This document shows, piece by piece, positions 23,430-32,320 of a DNA stretch of 32,320 nucleotides. The stretch comes from Octopus sinensis (lineage: Eukaryota). The notes under the pieces are model-generated. The model made no database searches, was not told where the DNA came from, and saw only the letters and a list, made by a program, of their open reading frames with translations. How positions within the stretch are numbered: position 1 is the first letter of the stretch; each line of letters begins with the position of its first letter. Location: assembly GCF_006345805.1 (NCBI RefSeq), contig NW_021832762.1:1-32320 (forward strand). Direction: 5' to 3'. A program made the position numbers and the translations under genes.

Positions 23430-24400
23430 ACCCCAACATCACAGATTACACCAGCACCTGTACCATTGGTGACGCAATCGCCATCACGATCAACATTGCC
23501 GCTAAAATCCCCAACACCACCGTCACCACTACCAATACCATCACCATCAGATAAACATCACCACAACAAACATCACCTACGATCCATGACATAACTACCA
23601 CTACCACTAACACCATCACCACCATCAATAACACCACTAACACCATTATCGCCATCACGACCACCACCACCATCATCATTATCATCATCACTATCGTAAT
23701 CGTTGTCGTCGTCGTTGTCGTCATCATCATCGTCGTCATCATTATCATCACCGCTATCACCACACCAAACATGACCAACACTCCATCACCGTGACCGCCA
23801 TCATCGCCATCTCTTCGACAACCAACACCAACACCACCATCATCAACAACTCACCTGCTACTACTAACTTATCATCACCACCCATACATACCACCACCGC
23901 CACTACCACCACCACCACTACCACCACCGCCACTACCACCACCGCCACTACCACCACCAACACCACCAACACCACCACCAACACCAACACAACTACCACC
24001 ACCACCAACACCAACACCAACACCAACACCACCAACACCAACACCAACACCACCACCAACACCACCACCACCACCACCACCACCACCACCAACACCACCA
24101 CCACCACCACCACCAACACCAACACCACCACACCAACACCACCACCAACACCACCAACACCAACACCAACACCACCACCACCACCACCACCACCACCACC
24201 TCTACTGTGAAACAACCAACACGTCTGGTAACAACAACAACAACAACAACGACGACGACGACTTACAACAATATCAGTGATCATAAAAATAACACCGCCA
24301 TTAAGAATATTGAAAATATATAGACAACAACAACAACAACATGAATAACAAAACTCAATTACAACAACAACGACAACAGCAACAACAACAACAACAACAT
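23430..24400. repeat. (ACC/AAC/CAT)n low-complexity tract
   Basis: Seen directly; poly-T/V/W ORFs are artefacts. Confidence 0.95.
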
Positions 24401-24479
24401 AATGTCTAACAAGTACACTCATCAATAGTAAATGGCGTCAAAGTCAAGAAAATATGAAATGGAACAATAAAAGAATTAA

Positions 24480-24643
24480 TGAATATATGTGTGCATGTAT
24501 GTGTGGATGTGAGTGTTTCTGTGTATGTATATACATATATATGTATGTATATATATATATATGTATGTATTTGTATATGTGTGTATGTGTGTGTGTGCAG
24601 ACATATATGAACATACATATATGCATACATGCATGAATATATA

Positions 24644-24688
<45 letters not shown>

Positions 24689-24803
24689 TATATACATATA
24701 TATATATACATATATATATATATATTTTTATATATATATATATATATATACATATACAATATATATATATACATTTAAATTTTGTATATATACATACACA
24801 CAC

Positions 24804-24854
<51 letters not shown>

Positions 24855-24890
24855 CATTGATATATATAAGTGTATATATGTATATAACAT
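24480..24890. repeat. (TA)n/(TG)n/(CA)n microsatellites
   Basis: Seen directly. Confidence 0.95.
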
Positions 24891-25355
24891 GAAGTATAGT
24901 TATTTAATTTCCAGACTTTTTATTAGTTTCAAAATTTAATTTTGGTATCTAGACTCATGCTTCTTTTTCCTTAATTTTACACACATACATATTCTTATAC
25001 TACACACACCCACACACACCAGTGCCGAAGGGCGACAACGTGTGCAACTCATGGTCGGGAGAGCAAGAAGTAAGGTTTTTACTACGCAAAGTAGCGCCTG
25101 CCTAACTGTAACTTTATTCTGCCCAAAAAGTCGAGTGAGATTGGCTTCCAAGAATCCGTGGAACTGCTTTCAGAATTTTTTTATGATAGAAGTTCATTAT
25201 TCAACACCAGAATTGAGTGTTGGGACTTAAGAACAATGAGGAGCAGAATTTTATCACCTAAGCCGAAGCAGTCACCAATTTGTGAGAATATTTCAAACAG
25301 CAGGATCTCTCAGGATATGTTCAAATCACTTATCTTCGTGCAAGGACTTATTGTG

Positions 25356-25909
25356 GCACTCCGTCGGTTACGACGACGAGGGTTCCAGTTGATCCGATCA
25401 ACGGAACAGCCTGCTCGTGAAATTAACGTGCAAGTGGTTGAGCACTCCACAGACACAAGTACGCTTAACGTAGTTCTCGGGGACATTCAGCATGCCACAG
25501 AGTGTGACAAGGCTGGCCCTTTGAAATGCAGGTACAACAGAAACAGGAAGAAAGAGTGAGAGAAAGTTGTGGTGAAAGAGTGGTGGAAGCACTCCGTCGG
25601 TTACGACGACGAGGGTTCCGGTTGATCCGATTAACGGAACAGCCTGCTCGTGAAATTAACGTGTAAGTGGTTGAGCACTCCACAGACACGTGTACCCTTA
25701 ACGTAGTTCTCGGTGATATTCAGCGTGACACAGAGAGTGACAAGGCCGGCCCTTTGAAATACAGGTACAACAGAAACAGGAAGAAAGAGTGAGAGAAAGT
25801 TGTGGTGAAAGGGTACAGCAGGGTTCGCCACCCCACTGCCGGTGCCTCGTGGAACTTTCGGTGTTTTCGCTCAATAAACACTCACAACGCCCGGTATGGG
25901 AATCGAAAC
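25356..25909 (-). mobile_element. SINE family C (CephSINE-like by recollection): copy at 25589-25909 plus a tandem 3'-part duplicate at 25356-25580
   Basis: 233-bp period (gcactccgtcggttacgacg at 25356 and 25589); B-box-like gtttcgattccc on the minus strand near 25897-25908; terminal hairpin cgtcg-taac-cgacg. Confidence 0.75.
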
Positions 25910-26229
25910 AACAACATCAGAGATTCAGTGATACTAGAAAGGAATATGGAGTAAAGAAGAAAAACACACACAAAAAAACATCAGTGGATAATTAGAGAAA
26001 AGGAAAGTACGAGTAAAATAGCATCACAGTGATGGCCTATCACCACAAGTCAAGGGATCACGGACACAGTGAGGACTACCAACAACTGTAAAACTCCAGG
26101 GATAAACAAGGTGCCTAGCCTGTGGCTGACACGCCTCACTAGTAAACATACCCACATAGCAGCATCATTTGATTCATTGATAAGCAAGCCAGAATCAATA
26201 GAAAACTAGATACGAGAAGGAGACTACTT

Positions 26230-27565
26230 TCATGAATCCTTGAATACTTTCAAACACGAATACTTTCAACTGAAAGATCTTACAAATTTACTACAATCTG
26301 AATCAAGTGTTTCTTTGATTAAAAACTTAAATTGTGGTCAACAAGCAACATTTCAGATCAATAAAGAAGCAATTCAGTTCAAAAGGAGATACTCACAGTC
26401 ACAAGAATCTCAATGCTAAAATTTTGTTTATTGACGGGGCTGGTGGATTAGGTAAAACTTTTCTCTCTGGTGTCGTTCTGTCCTATGTCCACAAAAAAGG
26501 AAAGATAGGAATAGCAACTGCATCATCTGCTATAGATTCATTACTACTTGCTATTCAATGGCCGATTCCGCTTTCTCCCTTCCCGTTAATCCAGTGAATG
26601 GTACCATATGAAATATATTCACACAGGGTGACAAAGTGACTGACATCATTCCGGCTGATGCTATAATCTAGGAGAATTACTCCCATGTTTCACCGTTTCC
26701 TCTCAGAGGCATTGAATAGGACATTAAGGGATCTTATCAAAACAGCTGATCCCTGCATTGAACATCTGTTTGGTGGAAAATTTGGCGGGCATTTCCAACG
26801 AATATTTTCTATCATTAAATATGGAAGTAGACCAGTGATAAAAGTCAGCAGCTTCAACAATCCATCTTTATGGAAACATGTAAAAAAAAAATTCAACTGT
26901 GAGAAAATATGCAATTAAAACTTATGCACAGAATTCAACCAAATTCAGCTCAACAACTTTATACTTCAAGAAGGAAATGGTTCTGTAGTGGAAGACACAA
27001 ATGATGAAATTACTATACCCCAGAGATGTTACATTGTTCATGATGTCAATGACCTCATTTCCTTGGTTTTCAACAGAAATGTCATACAAGAATGCATTGC
27101 CGAGTCGGGAAAACTTTTCAAAATGTTTTTGTTTTAGCACCATATAATAATCGATGTTGATCTCATTAATGAGGACATACTGGGACTCATTCCAGGAGAT
27201 GAAAAGCTTCTCTTTAATGATGATCAGTGATTACATCAGGCTGACCCCACAGAATTCACTACAGAATATGTAAATACTTTAACCATTTCCAGTAAACCAT
27301 CACACATATGCAAATAAAGACTAATGTTGTAATTATACTCTTACGTAGAATTAACGAAGCTAATGACATTTGTAACGGTATATGTTTAGTTATTCAAGTC
27401 GTTTAAAATAAAGTCATTAACACAAAAAAGAGTTCCTATTAAATTAGCAATGGCAATGACAATTAATAAATGATGAGGACAAACATTTGAAAAGATCGCT
27501 TTATATTTACCAAAACCCTTATTCACACATGGATAGCAATATGTTGCCTCCTCTAGAGTGCCCGC
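26230..27565 (+). pseudogene. Helitron RepHel PIF1-type helicase, pseudogenised
   Basis: LNCGQQATF, FIDGAGGLGKTFL (Walker A), IATASSAIDSLLL, EALNRTLRDL..LFGGK.FGGHFQRI, ICNG, VPIKLAMAMTINK**GQTFEKIALYLPKPLFTHG*QYVASSRV. Confidence 0.92.
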
Positions 27566-27803
27566 ATGGTTTCTGGGATTGAACATTACACACAAACACA
27601 TACACACTCACACACACACACACACAAACACACACACAAATACATATATATAGAAAACAAATTTATTTTATTCCACACGGGTAGAAATGCACTGAGAATA
27701 GTTAAAATATTTTTTATTAGTATATTTAATGCTTGAACCGGTTTCACAGTTTTTACATTGATTTTCAAAAAGTTCAAATAGAAAGACGTGGCTTATGGCG
27801 CAG

Positions 27804-28628
27804 CTGTCTTGCTTCTGACTAGAATTTGAAGCTTGTCCTATTGTCTTGAATAGGATTTGTTTGATAGAGGACAGCCACATGATTGGTCTCAGAAAGTTTT
27901 GTAGGTTCCCCCTACGCCCCTGTGTTAGAATCAAGTGACATATGTCTATGTCCACTCAGTGAAATCTGTCAAGTACTGGGCAAAAATGAAGTCCCCCAAA
28001 TTCCAGGTCTTCCCACTCTACCTAAGTTTAGCGAATACCACAGATGACGCAGGGATAAACAAAGAAAATACTTTCATAGAAAAGTACAAACCAAAACTTA
28101 ACAAATCTTAACAGAGTACATACACAAATAACTATTCACATACAAAACTCATTCTCACACTCATCATGAGGAAGCTACACAGCGAACAACCTGAACTTTA
28201 GCCACTGGACTACACACAAACGACTCCTGTCCACTCTCAACAGATTAAATTTAGAGTACCTTGATTATAGATAAACATGGTCACTCAACCGTGTCGGCCA
28301 TCTTTTTGGGAGCAAAATATACTGTCACGAGACACTAACGCACGGACATAGCGGGAAATGCACACAAGAAGGTTATAAACTTCATCAAATGTTCATTCTC
28401 TACAAACACCTGACAGAAAACATCCAGAGTATATATTGTTTATATATGTTCAGTCAATTGTGTCGGCCTTAACTTACAACACCAAAGATTGTCACTTGAT
28501 ACAAAAACACGGACGTAGCGGGCATACTACAAAAATTTCTAAGATCAGTCATGTGGCTATCCTCTACTCGAGCCATGAACTCTCTATAAAAACAGGGCAA
28601 ACTTCAAACACTAGTCAAAAGCAAGTCC
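27804..28628. repeat. Diverged inverted repeat of about 140 bp (27804-27940 versus 28490-28628)
   Basis: tgtcacttgat...ctacaaaa.tttct.aga.ca.tcatgtggct.tcctcta...cttcaaa..ctagtca.aagcaag shared in opposite orientations. Confidence 0.75.
27950..28270 (+). mobile_element. Penelope-like element 3' fragment: GIY-YIG C-terminus plus start of pLTR
   Basis: PKFQVFPLYLSLANTTDDAGINKENTFIEKYKPKLNKS* (stop 28109-28111) fits the PLE KE..FI.KYKP.LN end; hammerhead-like motif at 28166-28187. Confidence 0.7.
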
Positions 28629-28724
28629 GGCATATAGAATTCTGAAATCGTTCAAACCAACCAATACCTGAATTAAAATGTCTATCAGTGTTAGTTTATT
28701 TACCATAATTTCTGTCACGCTGGC

Positions 28725-29035
28725 AGAGCCGTTAGTAACGAAATGCTTAGCGTCTCCTTATGCGCTCTAAGATTCTGACGAAGTCGAATTTGTTTTTCAC
28801 TCATTCAGGGTCGGAAAAAAAGTACCATTTGAGCATTGGTATCATTGTAATTGACTAGTCATCTCTGTAAACTTGCTGGCTTGTGCTGAAATTTGAAACC
28901 ATAAATGTGGCGAGCTGGCATATTTTCAAGAGCCATGGACTAAATGCTTATCGATTTTACTGGCTTACTACGTCCTGATAAAAAAAATTCAGCCGAGATT
29001 AACTTTGCCCTTTATCATTTCTTGGCCGATAAAAC
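28725..29035 (+). mobile_element. Two decayed SINE A copies (about 28725-28900 and 28905-29035)
   Basis: gctggcagagccgttagtaacgaaatgcttagc...ttgctggcttgtgctgaaatttgaaacc, and ggcgagctggca...aaattcagccgagattaactttgccc. Confidence 0.6.
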
Positions 29036-29152
29036 TTTTTAGTACTAAAAAGTTTTGACAACGCCAAGACATTTTAATATCGTTCACTTTCTTTTTCGCG
29101 TCTCGGGTTAATTTATACAATACTTGCACGAAAATAATCATCTCCTAGTAAA

Positions 29153-29452
29153 ATGGAAGCACATAATACTTCAGATCACATGAAGGATGTGGAATTGCTG
29201 CAGCAGATTTCGGCATTATATTGGCTTTACCAGCAAGATTCGACTTTCTATAAGGCTGTCACTTTGAGTAGAGTCGCTCACGATATTTGGAAGTGGGTGT
29301 CCGATGAACCAAGAATCAAAATGCTAAGGAACCAAACCATTATGTCTATTGCTGCCTACGTTAAAGAGCATCCGAGGGCCAGAGAGAGTGAACTTATCAG
29401 TGAAATAGAAAAGCGAATCGAGGGGTTCAAATCCGTAGTGGAAAATATGTAG
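29153..29452 (+). CDS. Putative 99-aa alpha-helical protein of unknown function (single coding exon)
   Basis: Intact ATG-to-TAG ORF in non-repetitive sequence, less AT-rich than its flanks, with AAAATGG start context, a possible acceptor tcatctcctAG at 29147-29148, and normal amphipathic composition. No family recognised. Confidence 0.62.
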   Translation: MEAHNTSDHMKDVELLQQISALYWLYQQDSTFYKAVTLSRVAHDIWKWVSDEPRIKMLRNQTIMSIAAYVKEHPRARESELISEIEKRIEGFKSVVENM

Positions 29453-29959
29453 AACGAGGAACACCAAAGTCAAATGGACTGCAAAAGGAAGAGAAGTATT
29501 TCGGTGTATTATATAAATCTGCGATTCAATGAAGTTGTTGAAATATATATAAATAATCATAGACAGACCACAAGAGAAAAGGAATAACACTTGATGCCTT
29601 TGTTATAATCATTATTACAATGGTCTCTTCAAAATCCTGCCAGGTTCAATCTTTACTATTCATATTTCTTGGGTTAATATAATCAACTGTGCACTCTCTC
29701 CGAACATTTATGCTTTTTATACATATACTAAATATTTTTCTTAAAGTAGAGCGCTGGACAAATATATCTATCACAAATATATGCATCACGTAAATTCAAA
29801 TCCTGCTTGGTCAACTCTGCTTTTTCACAGTTTAAAATCTTCTATTTATTTATTTGGAGGTGAGGTGGGTGTTGCAAATGAAATAACAAGTCTTAAATTG
29901 GCATTCATATAATTTGTGGCCTTGAATCTAAGCTGAAAATCATTTTACAAAACTTTTCT

Positions 29960-30075
29960 AAATATGTATATATATATGTACATACGTATACACACACACA
30001 CACACGCTCACACACACACACCACACACCACACACACCACACACATATAATATATATATATATGTGTATATATAT

Positions 30076-30126
<51 letters not shown>

Positions 30127-30343
30127 CATACATTTATGTGTGCATGTTCATTCAGTTATGTATGTATGTATGTGTATGTAATTGAGTGATCGACTGGCTA
30201 ATTGATTAATTGAGTGAGAGATCGATATATACACATTAATCTTGATGTAAGAGTAAACAAGTATTTCAATTTAGGAATTAATATTTATTTATTGTTTTAC
30301 TCTGCACATAAGCAAACACATATATGTATATATATATATATAT

Positions 30344-30385
<42 letters not shown>

Positions 30386-30484
30386 CTTACACATTTCTAT
30401 TGTAAATACATACATAACCCCCACACACACACAAACACACACACACACAACACCACATATAATATATATATACACACACACACC

Positions 30485-30519
<35 letters not shown>

Positions 30520-30591
30520 CCTGGCTCACGCAATCACATATATGTAAATATTCAGAGATATGTGTATGTGTCTATAATCTGTCTCTATTTC

Positions 30592-30631
<40 letters not shown>

Positions 30632-31697
30632 TATCTATATGTGTGTGTGTGTGTGTTTCTGTATGTATGTATGTATGAATATATGCGTACACTTTATATA
30701 TATTTATATTTGTATATATGCACTCACTATATATACACATATACGCGCGCAGAATCAGACTGGGGGAAATGGAGAAATGAAATGGAATGAAGATTACCGA
30801 AAAAATATGATGTAAGAAGATAAGACATAGCATACCAGGTATCGGCCTTCTAAGAGATACACATTCACACACGCACGCACACACACACACATACGCATCC
30901 ATATACATACATATATATATATATATATACACACACGCATGAATATGCACACACTAGCATACGATATATACAGTAATACAAACATTTTTTTCACTGGATT
31001 ATCATATATATATTATATATATATATATATATCTTATATCTATCATATATTAACACCCATATCTATAAATATATAATATATACCTAATATATACACACAC
31101 ACATATATATACAATATATGCATGCATATATACATGTGTATGCTTCTATATATATGTAAATATTTATATGCACATATACATGCATATATATATATATGCA
31201 AATACGCACACACACACATATATATATATATATCATATAGTGATATATATGTATATATGAATATATCTCCGTGTATATGTATATACGACCCTAAATATGA
31301 ATTTTTCCCTGTTTAGGGCTGTATCAAATTACATACAAAAATAGGCATTCTCAGTGTATACGTGTAGGCGAGTGTGTATGTGTATATGTGTATATGCGTT
31401 TATGTGTTCGTGTATACGCGTGTGTGTGAGTGTGTCTGAGTGTTTGTTTCTTTATGAATAAACATTTGTGTGTATGTGAGTTTTATTTTTCCCTATCAGA
31501 TCTCATGAGTACATGAGGATAAAATCTTAGAGTATAGCCTACGCTTGTTCCTCTGTTCGTGTGTGTGTCTTGATATACATACATACATACATACATACAT
31601 TCACAAATATACATACATATATGTGTGCGCGTGTGTTTGTATATGTATATATATATATCCACATATAAATATATATATATGCATATATATGCATATG

Positions 31698-31730
<33 letters not shown>

Positions 31731-31898
31731 AATAGATAGATAGATAGATAGACACACACATATATATATATATATATACACGCATGTACTAGTTCTCTCA
31801 TTATGCTTTCTGTCCACACACACACACACACATACATAGACACATTCGCACACACGCATACAGACGCACGTACTCACACACACATACACGCATACACA

Positions 31899-31936
<38 letters not shown>

Positions 31937-31970
31937 AACACACACACACACACAAATGCACACACACACA
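29960..31970. repeat. Microsatellite-dominated region: (TA)n, (CA)n, (TG)n, (TATC)n
   Basis: Seen directly; all ORFs here are I/Y/C/V/H/T repeat artefacts. Confidence 0.93.
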
Positions 31971-32320
31971 AAGCGAAACAAAACTTCCACACAGGAAATG
32001 CGTTTTCGTTTCCGAACAAACAGTTTTTGTAATTCAGTAAATATACTTCCATTTCAATTTTCCCTTCATAAGCAAAGAGTTCCATATCCGCTAATCCACG
32101 TTGTTTTCACTTAACGTCGATGGATCGCCATGAAAATTGAGGATTTAATAGAGAAATAAAGAAGCCGGTTTATATATTATTCTTCATGTATCGTCGAATC
32201 TGGAGAAGACGATCTTTTATTCTTTGCATTAGTGCAGGAATTATTAAAATCTCTTCTTAATCTCCTCAACCGATTTTCATTCCCTAGATTGCTTACATCA
32301 TTTCATGATGCAAACTACTA

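Noticed and set aside
31500-31531. Mini-exon after the acceptor ttttccctatcAG
   Set aside because: Stops in all three frames and a weak donor.

Overview
AT-rich, microsatellite-saturated eukaryotic DNA with no prokaryotic features. The SINE families and repeat landscape suggest a cephalopod, probably Octopus (inference from remembered repeat sequences, no search run). Almost every ORF in the supplied track is a translation artefact of simple repeats. Most of the window is decayed mobile elements: many tRNA-derived SINEs (monomers, head-to-tail multimers, one inverted pair), an RTE LINE 3' end, an R4/Dong LINE RT fragment plus two duplicated 3' ends in (AAT)n, a CR1-group LINE 3' end, two Penelope-like remnants with degenerate hammerhead-like cores, a mariner transposase fragment, a Helitron PIF1 helicase pseudogene and a near-intact non-autonomous Helitron. 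The only credible host coding sequence is an unidentified 99-aa ORF at 29153-29452 (+). The most interesting signals are that ORF, a small 3' stem-loop with compensatory changes shared by several retroelement tails, a recurring SINE multimer junction, and the hammerhead-like motifs. I found no clear complete new system. Boundaries were read by eye and are approximate to about 10-30 bp unless stated.
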